A stretch of DNA of 60,263 nucleotides from Candidatus Binataceae bacterium. GTDB taxonomy: Bacteria > Desulfobacterota > Binatia > Binatales > Binataceae. The notes under the pieces were generated by a model, which worked only from the letters and a program-made list of their open reading frames with translations, was not told the DNA's origin and did not search any database. A program made the translations under genes and the position numbers. Location of the stretch: positions 1 through 60,263 of the forward strand of contig DASXMQ010000185.1 of NCBI GenBank assembly GCA_036495625.1, read 5' to 3'. This document shows, piece by piece, positions 9,844 through 18,586 of the stretch (its first letter is position 1; each line of letters begins with the position of its first letter).

Positions 9844-11130
9844 TCAGCGGAGCGCAGCCGGCGCGCGATCGATTCTTTCGATCATGACATTGCCGTCTTC
9901 GTTGAAAGTCGAGCCGCGTGAGCTCGATCGCAATGCCTCGAAGCGCGCCGCGAACTGCGCGTCGCCGAGCGTAAAGCGCAGCGGGCGATCGACGGTCGAG
10001 TAGCGGAAGCGCTGGCCTTGGTAGATGCTGGTGAGCATCGGCCCGAACGCTCCGCCCGCCGCCTGTTGCCCCTGACATTGGAGCTGCGCGATCGGATCGG
10101 CGTTGTCGCATTTGATTGGCGGCGGTACCAGCGTCACCTGCCGGATCGCCAGGTCGTCGCCCTCGCACTGGACGGCGGCGCTGTAGCTGACGTGCCCGAA
10201 GTCGAGCTGGCCGGTCAGCGTCATCGTGCTGTCGCCGCCCTCGGCGCGGAGGTTTCTCGCGGTCAGCCGTTGCGTCATCCCCTGGAGCTGCAGCGGTACC
10301 TCGAAGGACGGCGCGTACAGGCGGAGCAGCGCGTTGATGAATCCATACTGGGCGTCGGTGACGGCGTTAGCGCGTGCGGGAGCGTCGGCCATCTCAGCCG
10401 CGAGCACCGGATCGCCCTTCAGATACGGCTGAGGATTGTTCGTACGGCCGGCGGGAAAGAGGGCGGCGACGATCGAGGAGTCCGAAAATCCGATCGCGAT
10501 GTCGAACCGGTTTTGCTCGCCGGGCGGCGGCAGGATGTGCAGGTTCGACGTCGAAAAGCTCTTCAACTGTGGAAGCCCGCTCAGCGGGGGCGCTGCGCCT
10601 GCGTTATTGCCCGCGCGCGCGGTGTCGGCGGCCGCGAAACGCAGCATCCACGGCGTCCAGGTGACATGCGCCTTGATAACTTCAATCCACTGCGGAGCGC
10701 CGGCGGCGCGCGCGAGCCTTTGAGCGATCGCAGGGAGCGGAGCCTGGCAATCGGGGGCCGCGAGCACATTCGGCCTTCCCGTATTCGGGCCCGCCGTATT
10801 CGCTTCCGCCGCCGCGCCGGCCGGATATACGGCGCCGATCGCCCACGCTCCGCCGCTTCCGTCACCGCCGCAATAAACCAGGCCCTCGATCTCGATTCTT
10901 GAAGCTCGCGCACCCGTTCGGCCGGCGGGAAGCTCGCCCGCAGGAAGCTCAATCGTCATCGGCACCAGTTGCGTCACGACGCTCGGAATGAGCTCGGGCA
11001 TCAGCACGATGCGCGCGAGCGGCCTTTCGTCCGCGCGCGCAGTTCCTGAAGTCAGTAAAAGCGAGAGCGCCGCCGCGCCAAGGGCAAGCCGTCGTACAGG
11101 ACTCCTCCGCAAACCAGGCACCTCCTTCAC
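9844..11130 (-). CDS. Secreted hypothetical protein
   Basis: 428-aa ORF with a signal peptide (RRLALGAAALSLLLTSGTARA/DE), several Cys pairs and G/C-rich third positions. No family recognised. Confidence 0.6.
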   Translation of the reverse strand: MKEVPGLRRSPVRRLALGAAALSLLLTSGTARADERPLARIVLMPELIPSVVTQLVPMTIELPAGELPAGRTGARASRIEIEGLVYCGGDGSGGAWAIGAVYPAGAAAEANTAGPNTGRPNVLAAPDCQAPLPAIAQRLARAAGAPQWIEVIKAHVTWTPWMLRFAAADTARAGNNAGAAPPLSGLPQLKSFSTSNLHILPPPGEQNRFDIAIGFSDSSIVAALFPAGRTNNPQPYLKGDPVLAAEMADAPARANAVTDAQYGFINALLRLYAPSFEVPLQLQGMTQRLTARNLRAEGGDSTMTLTGQLDFGHVSYSAAVQCEGDDLAIRQVTLVPPPIKCDNADPIAQLQCQGQQAAGGAFGPMLTSIYQGQRFRYSTVDRPLRFTLGDAQFAARFEALRSSSRGSTFNEDGNVMIERIDRAPAALR

Positions 11131-11296
11131 TCATCCAAGCCTGTCACACTGCGATGATCCGAGACAGCAAATGCGGCCGCTCGACCGCGCGATTCGCGGC
11201 CGTACACACGCGCACGCAGTCGATGTGGGCAGTTCCATGGGGCGGCGTTTGACCGGCCGCAGAGGGCTCGTCACTGTGATGGAGGTTTCTCAGGAG

Positions 11297-12109
11297 ATGA
11301 CGACCACGCCCAAGGGTGGAGTTATGGTGGCGGTTGCGAATCCGGAAGGGGTCGCGCCGCTGATGGCGATCGCGCTCGCGGCCGCCGATCCCGACAGCGA
11401 GCCGCCGCCCCACGTGCTCGCGTTGGTAAGCGAATGCGGAGCCTTGAAAGGCGCAGGCGCGGCCGCGGCGCAAGCGCCGCCGCCACCGCCTGCATTAACT
11501 TCCGCGATCGGGTACGCGCGATCGCGCGGCGTGACGGTCGAAGCGCAGACGATGCACTCGGGCGCGCCCGCGCGCGACATCATCGCGGCGGCCCGTTCGG
11601 CCGAGGCGGCGTGGATTCTTGTGGGGTATCATCGCGCGGCGTCGGGCAGCGATACGCTGGGCGGGGTCGTGCGCGAGGTCTTCGCCGAGGCGAAGAAGGC
11701 GCCAATCAAGGTTGGCGCCTTCATCCAGGGCACCGACCGTCCGTTCGAGCGCGTTTTCGCGGCGATCGACACGGGACCGGACGGCCGCGCGGCGCTCGAC
11801 CTGGGCGCGCGCATCGCGCGCCACAATCGATCGCGGCTGCGCGCGCTGCTGATAGCCTATGACGAACTCGCGATCAGCGCCACGCAGCCGGACGCCGCGC
11901 TGGTCGAGATGATGCGCGACGCGCGGGCGCGCCTGGGGAGCCTTTTTCGCAGCGACGTGCTCACCCGGCGCAGCCGGCCGCAATTGTTCCGCCAGAGTCC
12001 GGGACGCCTGTTGATCGTGGGCAAGCGCTTCGCCGACGAGATCGGACTGCCGCTCGACGAGGTTCCGGACGGCGACCGCTGCGTAATCGTCGTGCAGGGC
12101 GCGCATTGA
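11297..12109 (+). CDS. Universal-stress-protein-like (tandem USP/adenine-nucleotide alpha-hydrolase-like) protein
   Basis: ORF 10988..12109 must start after 11130. Candidate ATGs are at 11279, 11297 and 11324. Two repeats of the pattern V..VAN/AAID..G....L..A..IA......L.L. Weak assignment. Confidence 0.45.
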   Translation: MTTTPKGGVMVAVANPEGVAPLMAIALAAADPDSEPPPHVLALVSECGALKGAGAAAAQAPPPPPALTSAIGYARSRGVTVEAQTMHSGAPARDIIAAARSAEAAWILVGYHRAASGSDTLGGVVREVFAEAKKAPIKVGAFIQGTDRPFERVFAAIDTGPDGRAALDLGARIARHNRSRLRALLIAYDELAISATQPDAALVEMMRDARARLGSLFRSDVLTRRSRPQLFRQSPGRLLIVGKRFADEIGLPLDEVPDGDRCVIVVQGAH

Positions 12110-12506
12110 GTTTTCGCCCGCGATGTCCTACTAGCCCGGATCGATCGCCACCGGTTTCCTCGCGGTAAGGCCGCTCAACAGATGCGGGCCGGTCAAATCC
12201 GGGCCTGCCCTGGAGGCGTCCGATGCCGGACCTGCTGATTCGCGGCGGTTGCCAGTTACGACGATATTGCGCGGGAAGCCGATCGTGGAGAACGGCAAGC
12301 TGCTGGCCGGCCTGGGCTACGGGCAACTGAATCCTGCGCAAGGTCGATCCGGTCATGCGGCGCCGTCCGGCCGCGTAATGACCGCGCCGGCATCCTGACG
12401 CCGCGCCAGCTCTGGCGCTCCGTCCACGGCGCCTCGCGCCGCGCGGTGCTCGGCGCCCTTGCGTGATGCGTTGACAAGACTGCGTTTCCGCCGGAAGATC
12501 ATCAAG

Positions 12507-12704
12507 ATGGCCAGAATTACAGTCGAGGATTGTCTGGAAAAGATTCCCAACCGCTTCGAACTCGTGCTGGGAGCCGCCAAGCGCGCCAAGCAGTTGCTCA
12601 AGGGAGCCCGTCCGCTGGTGGAGACTGACAACAAGGAAGTCGTCACCGCGCTGCGCGAGATTGCGGCGACCAAGGTTTCGATAGAGCGGCCCGAAGGGTC
12701 CTGA
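12507..12704 (+). CDS. rpoZ: DNA-directed RNA polymerase subunit omega
   Basis: [41 protein letters not shown] 12459..12704 trimmed to ATG 12507. Confidence 0.9.
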   Translation: MARITVEDCLEKIPNRFELVLGAAKRAKQLLKGARPLVETDNKEVVTALREIAATKVSIERPEGS

Positions 12705-12871
12705 CCCAAGGGTACTGAACGGACGGGCTGACACGCGTTCGACGGACGCCCGACCGCCGTCCCGCAAGGTCGGCGGACAAGGCGCCGCAGGAACTGCAGG
12801 CGACGCAGCTCTCGACACGCGCGCGATGGCCGCGCGCGAAATTCCGATCCGTACCACCCGCGGAGTATCTG

Positions 12872-14089
12872 GTGGCGCGCAAATCAGGCCCCCGCAAAGC
12901 CAAGGTCGAGCTCGGCAAGCTCGATCCCGAAAAGACCGCTCCCGCTGGCGACGCGGCGACCGAGTCCAGCGCAGATCCGCTCCGGCGCGCTGCTCGCGCT
13001 ACGCGCCGGCGCCGAGGCGCGGACCTATCGCAGGAAGCGCCGCGGCGCGATGCCCCGCTGGAAGCCGAAATCGTTGATGACGAAGGCGCGCGCGCGGTGC
13101 CGACGGCCGACGAAATCGGCGAGTTCGGCGAGCTTCCCCACGGATTCTCGCGCGCGGACGCGAGCCGCGAGGCCGGCGCGAAGGCCGGCGAGGACACTGC
13201 GGGCGAAGCCGGGGAAGGCCCGGCTGGAGAAGGCGGCGCGCTGGTCGCGTACGATCCGCTCGGCCGTTACCTCGCCGAGATTCGGCGCTTTCCGCTCCTC
13301 AGCCGCGAAGAAGAAATCGAGATCGCCAAGCGCTACACGAAGCTCCACGACCCCGCCGACGCCTACCGGCTCGTCACCGCCAATTTGCGTCTGGTGGTCA
13401 AAATCGCAAGCGAATTCGCTCACGCCTCGCGCAACCTGCTCGACCTTATCCAGGAGGGCAACGTCGGGCTGATGGAGGCCGTGCGCAACTTTGACCCCTA
13501 TCGAGGTATCCGCTTCCCGTCGTACGCGGTGTGGTGGGTGCGCGCATACATCTACCGCTTCCTGATCAACAACTGGCGGCTGGTCAAGATCGGCACTACG
13601 CAGGCTCAGCGCAAACTCTTTTTCAACCTCCGCAAGGAGACCGAACGGCTCGAGGCCGAGGGTTTCACCCCGCAGCCGCTGCTGCTTGCCCAGCGCCTGG
13701 GCGTCAAGGAGAGCGAGGTGCGCGAGATGCAGGAGCGGATGGCGCACAGCGAAGTCTCGCTCAATCAGCCGGTGCACGAGGACGAAGCGGTCGAATTGCT
13801 CGACGTTATTCCCGACACCGGCGACACGCCTGAGGAGGCGGCCGCGCACGACGAATGGCGCAGCTTCGCGCACGAGAAGATCGACCAGTTCGCAAGCACG
13901 CTCAAGGACAAGGAGCTCGAAATTTTCCGGAGCCGGCTGCTTTCCGACGATCCGCCGACTCTGCAGGAGGTCGGCGCGCGGTTCGGGATCAGCCGCGAGC
14001 GCGTGCGTCAGATCGAGGCACGGCTCAAAAAACGGCTGAAACTGTTCCTCAAGGCGCAGTCGCCCGATATCGAGCAGGCGGGGTCCTGA
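12872..14089 (+). CDS. rpoH: RNA polymerase sigma-32 (RpoH family) with about 125-aa low-complexity N-terminal extension
   Basis: RpoH box QAQRKLFFNLRKE. Region 2 NLRLVVKIASEF..LIQEGNVGLMEAVRNFDP..FPSYAVWWVRAYI. Region 4 TLQEVGARFGISRERVRQIEARLKKRL. GTG 12872 with GGAG 6 nt upstream. Confidence 0.85.
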   Translation: MARKSGPRKAKVELGKLDPEKTAPAGDAATESSADPLRRAARATRRRRGADLSQEAPRRDAPLEAEIVDDEGARAVPTADEIGEFGELPHGFSRADASREAGAKAGEDTAGEAGEGPAGEGGALVAYDPLGRYLAEIRRFPLLSREEEIEIAKRYTKLHDPADAYRLVTANLRLVVKIASEFAHASRNLLDLIQEGNVGLMEAVRNFDPYRGIRFPSYAVWWVRAYIYRFLINNWRLVKIGTTQAQRKLFFNLRKETERLEAEGFTPQPLLLAQRLGVKESEVREMQERMAHSEVSLNQPVHEDEAVELLDVIPDTGDTPEEAAAHDEWRSFAHEKIDQFASTLKDKELEIFRSRLLSDDPPTLQEVGARFGISRERVRQIEARLKKRLKLFLKAQSPDIEQAGS

Positions 14090-14184
14090 AGCGGGCGCCG
14101 CGCACCCCCCGTTGCCGAGCTGCTGTCGGGACGCGATAATGGCGGCGGGAAGGGGGGTTGGGCGGCGCAGGCGGCCAAGGCCTT

Positions 14185-14916
14185 ATGCGAGAGCGAACGT
14201 GCGCCCTTGTGGTGGTGGGCAATGAAGTCCTGTCGGGCAAGACCCAGGACTCCAACGCGTACTTTGCCGCCCGCCAGTTGCGCGCCGTTGGCGTCGCCCT
14301 GCAGCGCATCGCGGTCATCCCGGACGACATCGCGCTCATCGCCGAGGACGTCGGCTACTGCACGCGCCGCTTCGACGTCGTTCTGACCTCGGGCGGCGTC
14401 GGCCCAACTCACGACGACGTCACGATGGATGGCGTGGCGGCGGCCTTCGGCCGCAAGCTCGTGATGCATCCGGAACTCGAACGCCTCATCCGCACGCACA
14501 TGGCCGACCGCCTCACGCCCGCCGCGCTCAAGATGGCGATAGTGCCTGAGGGTGCTGTGCTCAATTCGTTGGGGGACTTGCGCTTTCCGACCGTACAGGT
14601 CGAGAACGTTTATATCCTGCCCGGCATCCCGCAAATCTTCGAGGCCAAGCTGACTGCGCTTTTGGGCCGGTTTGCGACCGACCCGTATCACCTGCGCACC
14701 ATCTATACTTCGGCCGCCGAAGGCGCGATTGCCGAGCATCTCAACCAGTGTCTTGCGCGTTACCCCGATCTTCTGCTGGGCTCTTATCCAAGGATTGGAG
14801 ATCCGGACTACCGGGTAAAGCTGACGCTTGAATCCAAGGACCGCGATTATCTGGAGCGGGCCTTTGCTCATTTGATGAGCCTTTTGCCCGGTGAGGTGGT
14901 GGTGAGGACCGAATAG
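14185..14916 (+). CDS. Molybdopterin-binding (MoCF/CinA N-terminal-like) domain protein
   Basis: ORF 14158..14916 trimmed to ATG 14185. VVVGNEVLSGKTQDSNAYF and VLTSGGVGPTHDDVT are typical of the MoaB/MogA/CinA fold. Confidence 0.75.
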   Translation: MRERTCALVVVGNEVLSGKTQDSNAYFAARQLRAVGVALQRIAVIPDDIALIAEDVGYCTRRFDVVLTSGGVGPTHDDVTMDGVAAAFGRKLVMHPELERLIRTHMADRLTPAALKMAIVPEGAVLNSLGDLRFPTVQVENVYILPGIPQIFEAKLTALLGRFATDPYHLRTIYTSAAEGAIAEHLNQCLARYPDLLLGSYPRIGDPDYRVKLTLESKDRDYLERAFAHLMSLLPGEVVVRTE

Positions 14917-14956
14917 TTTTTTCGTTCAGTCGATGGGGGAGGAGGAGGAAACGGAG

Positions 14957-15625
14957 ATGAGAAGAGTTGAATGTTTGTTGGTGACTATCGCGGCGATAGC
15001 GATCGCGCTGCCCGCGATGGCGCAAAATTCGAACAGCACAGCACAAACCTCGGGCAGCAGTATCGGAGTCGTCAATCAGCAGGCAAGTCAGGCGCAGGTG
15101 CCGCAGCCGTCTGACGGCGACGTCAACTGGAAAGGCGTCGGTATCGGCGCCGGCACCGTGGCCGGCAACGTTCTCTACGTGCCTGCCAAGCTGGTGTTCG
15201 GAATTCTGGGCGGAATCACCGGCGGAGCGAGCTACCTGCTGACCGGCGGCAACACGCAGACCGCCAATACGATCTGGCGCAGCTCGCTCGGCGGCGACTA
15301 CGTGCTTACGCCCGACATGGTAGCGGGGGAGAAGCCGATCCACTTCAGCGGGCCGACCACCTCGGCGCCGCCTGCGACGGCGGCTTCGTTCGCGCCGCCG
15401 GCGACAAGCTCGTCGATGAATTCGACGGCTCAGCCGGTACCGGCGGACCGAACCGTGTCCGCGGCCAATACCGCCGGGGTCAGCAGCGCGCCTGTCGCAG
15501 CACCGTCGACGACAGGGGCCGCTGCGGCTCAGCCGGCTGACCGCGGCGCGGGCCCGGTCAGCTCGGGCAAGGCCATGAGCGGGGGCGTCGCTGCCCCGCC
15601 TTTGCCGGGCACCAGTATCGAATAG
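14957..15625 (+). CDS. Secreted hypothetical protein with Gly-zipper core and Ala/Pro/Ser-rich tail
   Basis: ORF 14933..15625 trimmed to ATG 14957 after GGAGGAGGAGGAAACGGAG. Signal peptide MRRVECLLVTIAAIAIALPAMA. Confidence 0.55.
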   Translation: MRRVECLLVTIAAIAIALPAMAQNSNSTAQTSGSSIGVVNQQASQAQVPQPSDGDVNWKGVGIGAGTVAGNVLYVPAKLVFGILGGITGGASYLLTGGNTQTANTIWRSSLGGDYVLTPDMVAGEKPIHFSGPTTSAPPATAASFAPPATSSSMNSTAQPVPADRTVSAANTAGVSSAPVAAPSTTGAAAAQPADRGAGPVSSGKAMSGGVAAPPLPGTSIE

Positions 15626-15657
15626 ATACGGCCCGAGCGAAATTGAGGCGCAGCGTT

Positions 15658-15681
15658 CCGGCGGCTCGACCGAGTCGCCGG
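15658..15681 (+). terminator. 10-bp hairpin between the secreted-protein gene and the ArsC-like gene (possible terminator)
   Basis: CCGGCGGCTC-GACC-GAGTCGCCGG (one G-U pair). No clean U-tract follows (AGUCCGCAAAAAUUUGCG). Confidence 0.35.
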
Positions 15682-15742
15682 AGTCCGCAAAAATTTGCGT
15701 GTATTAGACCAGATTGCGCGAAATGAGCGAGGAATAGACTAA

Positions 15743-16093
15743 ATGAAGCGGGCGCGCCTTCTCTGGAAGTCCACCTGAACCACCTGCCGAAACGCAAGAG
15801 GTTTCTTGCGTGACGAACTTCGGGTGGAGCTCGACGAGCGCGACTATGCGAAAGAGCCGCTCAGCCCCTCCGAGCTGAAGACGCTGTTTGCGGGCCGCGA
15901 TCCGCGCGATTTCCTCAATCCGAAGAGCCCGGTGTTCAAAGCGATGGGGCTGAAGGACAGGAAGTTGACGGCGGCAGAGACCCTGGCGCTGATGGCGAGG
16001 GAGCCGAACCTTATCAAGCGCCCGCTGGTGGTGGCGGGCGGCGAGATCGTGGCTGGTTTCGATCGCGAACGTCTGCGGGGGCTGCTGTCGTAG
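15743..16093 (+). CDS. ArsC/Spx/YffB-family thiol-oxidoreductase-like protein with in-frame TGA (probable selenocysteine, UxxC)
   Basis: ATG 15743 (GAGGA 9 nt upstream). Reads MKRARLLWKST-TGA(15776..15778)-TTCRNARGFLRDE..LIKRPLVVAGGEIVAGF. The tracked ORF (15806..16093) is the same frame. The TGA aligns with the first Cys of CxxC in YffB (NCDTCKKARRWL) and Spx (SCTSCRKARAWL). Confidence 0.7.
15793..15810 (+). promoter_or_regulatory. SECIS-like stem-loop (selenocysteine insertion signal candidate)
   Basis: CGCAAGA-GGUU-UCUUGCG: perfect 7 bp, plus an A-U extension. It starts 14 nt after the TGA. The apical loop starts with GGU, 21 nt after the UGA. Confidence 0.6.
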
Positions 16094-16129
16094 GAGTTGT
16101 AAGGGCTTCGTGGGTGGCGCGCTGGCGTT

Positions 16130-17203
16130 TTATGCGCGTTCGGCCCGTTCGGCCTTCTCTACGCGTTCGGGTTTTTCGCCTTTGTCGGCCCTGTCCGACT
16201 TGTCTGACTTGTCTGATCGATCTGATCTATCCTGACGCTCGGATTTATCTGGACGCTCGACGCGAGCTTCGCTGCGGCCGTTGCCGCCATCGCCCTTGTC
16301 GGCACGCGTGCCGGGCGACTGAATCTTGGCCGAAGTCAGGACCTCGACGAATTTCCGCACTGCCGGCGAAAGTTCGCGCCCGCGCTTGTAGATGATCGCG
16401 AGCGGCCGCGTGAACGTGCCTTCGGCAAACTCGAGCATCTTGAGCGAGCCGCGAGTGGTTTCGTGTTCGACCGTCGATAACGGCACGATCGCCACGCCCT
16501 GCCCGATTTCAACCGCGCGCTTGATGGTTTCGATGTTGTCGAACTCCATCGTGTATTGCGGCTTAACGCCATGCTCGCGCAGGATGCGGTCCGACGCTTT
16601 GCGGGTTGCGATGTCCCGCTCGTAGCCGACGAATTTCAGGCCGGCGAGCGCACTCACGCTGACCTTGTTGAGCTTGGCCAGCGGGTCATCGGGCGGCACT
16701 ACCAGCACCAGTTCGTCGTAGCGGAAGGCGATGGTAACGATCTGGCTGCGCTTGGCTGGATAGGCCACCACGCCGAGGTCGATCTTACCCTCGACCAGGT
16801 CCTCATAGATCTTATTGGAGCGCAGGTACTCCAGATGCACGTTCACTTGGGGATAGCTGCGCAGAAATTCGGTCAGGTAGGGCGGAAGTTCATGCAATCC
16901 GACGCTGTAAACAGTGCCTACGCGAATCGATCCTGCCACAACCGACCCGATCTCGCGCAGCCGGTTCTCCAGTTCCATGAACCGGCGCACGATTTCCTTG
17001 CTCGAGTTGTACAGAATCTGCCCGGCCGGAGTCGGTTTGACACCCGCGCGCGCCCGCTCTAACAATCGACACTCGTACTTTTCCTCCAGACTGCGGACCT
17101 GCTGGCTGACCGCCGACTGGGTAACGAAGTTTTGTGAAGCGGCATAAGAAACGCTTCCGCTCTCGATGATGTCGCAAAAGACTTTCAGTGTCTCGATGTG
17201 CAT
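16130..17203 (-). CDS. LysR-family transcriptional regulator (GcdR-like by position) with repetitive charged C-terminal tail
   Basis: wHTH MHIETLKVFCDIIESGSVSYAASQNFVTQSAVSQQVRSLEEKY plus a LysR substrate domain. Divergent from the glutaryl-CoA dehydrogenase gene. Tail ..ERQDRSDRSDKSDKSDRADKGEKPERVEKAERAERA. Confidence 0.85.
   Translation of the reverse strand: MHIETLKVFCDIIESGSVSYAASQNFVTQSAVSQQVRSLEEKYECRLLERARAGVKPTPAGQILYNSSKEIVRRFMELENRLREIGSVVAGSIRVGTVYSVGLHELPPYLTEFLRSYPQVNVHLEYLRSNKIYEDLVEGKIDLGVVAYPAKRSQIVTIAFRYDELVLVVPPDDPLAKLNKVSVSALAGLKFVGYERDIATRKASDRILREHGVKPQYTMEFDNIETIKRAVEIGQGVAIVPLSTVEHETTRGSLKMLEFAEGTFTRPLAIIYKRGRELSPAVRKFVEVLTSAKIQSPGTRADKGDGGNGRSEARVERPDKSERQDRSDRSDKSDKSDRADKGEKPERVEKAERAERA
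16136..16237. repeat. In-frame 9-bp tandem repeats encoding the LysR tail
   Basis: cgttcggcc x2 (16137..16154). Five 9-bp units gtccgactt/gtctgactt/gtctgatcg/atctgatct/atcctgacg (16193..16237). Confidence 0.8.
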
Positions 17204-17319
17204 ACGAATTGGGGAACTTGTATAAGGCTAATTGATACTCATGGCTGAGGCAATATGGCCGTCGGAGTGCCGCGATTTCTCTCGAGGCCCTGCCCCGACA
17301 TTTCCTCAGGAGTCATAAG

Positions 17320-18489
17320 ATGGCGGATTCATTAAAAGATTTGGATTTCTTTGACCTTGACGAGATGCTCGGTCCCGAGGAACGGATGGTCCGCGACACG
17401 GTGCGGCAATTCGTGCAGCGCGAAGTACTGCCGACTATCGAGCGCAACTTTGCCAGCGAATCTTTCCCCAGCGAACTCGTGCCCCAGATGGCCGAGCTCG
17501 GCTTCTTCGGCGCCAACCTGAAGGGCTACGGATGCGCCGGCATGAACAACATCGCCTATGGTCTCATCATGCAGGAACTGGAGGCCGGCGATTCGGGGCT
17601 GCGCTCGTTTGCATCGGTGCAGAGCGCGCTTGCGATGTATTCGATCTACGCCTGGGGCTCCGAGGCGCAAAAGCGCCGCTACCTGCCCGAGATGGCCAAG
17701 GGCAAGCTCATCGGATGCTTTGGGCTGACTGAACCCGACCACGGCTCCGACCCGGGCGGGATGGAGACGCGCGCGCGGCGCGACGGCGACGGATGGGTGC
17801 TCAACGGAACCAAGCGATGGATTACCAACGGCTCGATCGCCGACGTCGCGGTGGTCTATGCCAAGGTTCCCGAGGGCATCACCGGCTTCCTCGTCGAGCG
17901 GGGCAAGTCCGGCTTCACCACCAGGGACATCCACGGCAAGTTCTCGATGCGCGCGTCGGTGACCTCGGAACTGATCTTCGAGGACGTCCGGCTGGACGAC
18001 GGCGCGCGGCTGCCCGAGGCGCGCGGTCTGCGCGCGCCGCTCTCGTGTCTGACGCAGGCGCGCTACGGAATTTCATGGGGCGCGATCGGCGCTGCGCGCA
18101 CCTGTTACCATTGCGCGCTCGACTATACGAAGGCGCGCAAGCAGTTCGCGCGTCCGCTCGCCGGCTACCAGCTCGTGCAGAACAAGCTGGTCGCGATGCT
18201 GACCGAGATCACCAAGGCGCAGCTCGTCTGCCTGCGCCTGGGCCAGCTCAAGGACGCCAACAAGATGCGGCCCGAGCAGGTCTCGTTCGCCAAGCGCAAT
18301 AACGTCGCGATGGCGCTGGAGGTCGCACGGATGGCGCGCGACATGCTGGGCGCCAACGGAATCGTGACCGAATACCCGGTCATTCGCCACATGCTGAACC
18401 TCGAGACCGTCAACACCTACGAAGGCGCCTTCGACGTGCAGACGCTCGTGCTGGGCCGCGATATCACGGGCCTCAGCGCCTTCGACTAG
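17320..18489 (+). CDS. gcdH: Glutaryl-CoA dehydrogenase (acyl-CoA dehydrogenase family)
   Basis: CFGLTEPDHGSDPGGMETRA, KRWITNGSIADV, LSCLTQARYGISWGAIGAA, ARMARDMLGANGI..RHMLNLETVNTYEGAFDVQTLVLGRDITGLSAF. Matches recalled GcdH over its full length. Confidence 0.85.
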   Translation: MADSLKDLDFFDLDEMLGPEERMVRDTVRQFVQREVLPTIERNFASESFPSELVPQMAELGFFGANLKGYGCAGMNNIAYGLIMQELEAGDSGLRSFASVQSALAMYSIYAWGSEAQKRRYLPEMAKGKLIGCFGLTEPDHGSDPGGMETRARRDGDGWVLNGTKRWITNGSIADVAVVYAKVPEGITGFLVERGKSGFTTRDIHGKFSMRASVTSELIFEDVRLDDGARLPEARGLRAPLSCLTQARYGISWGAIGAARTCYHCALDYTKARKQFARPLAGYQLVQNKLVAMLTEITKAQLVCLRLGQLKDANKMRPEQVSFAKRNNVAMALEVARMARDMLGANGIVTEYPVIRHMLNLETVNTYEGAFDVQTLVLGRDITGLSAFD

Positions 18490-18586
18490 GCCAGGCGCGA
18501 AGACGGTCGCACGCGGGGCGCCATCGCCCAGGTATGGCGCGACGGCTATTTCTACCAGGGCTGACGCGCCGGAGGATGATTACGGC

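Noticed and set aside
8309-10003. 564-aa plus-strand ORF
   Set aside because: Antisense to the M20 peptidase and part of the secreted-protein gene. Arg-rich junk-like composition and no motifs.
11961-12857. 298-aa minus-strand ORF covering the rpoZ region
   Set aside because: Antisense to rpoZ (a perfect omega signature) and to the non-coding gap. Extremely Arg/Ser/Gly-rich.
17218-17245. Possible LysR T-N11-A box (ATTG..CAAT) between the LysR gene and gcdH
   Set aside because: Only 4-bp arms with 16-nt spacing. This is too weak to call without comparative data.
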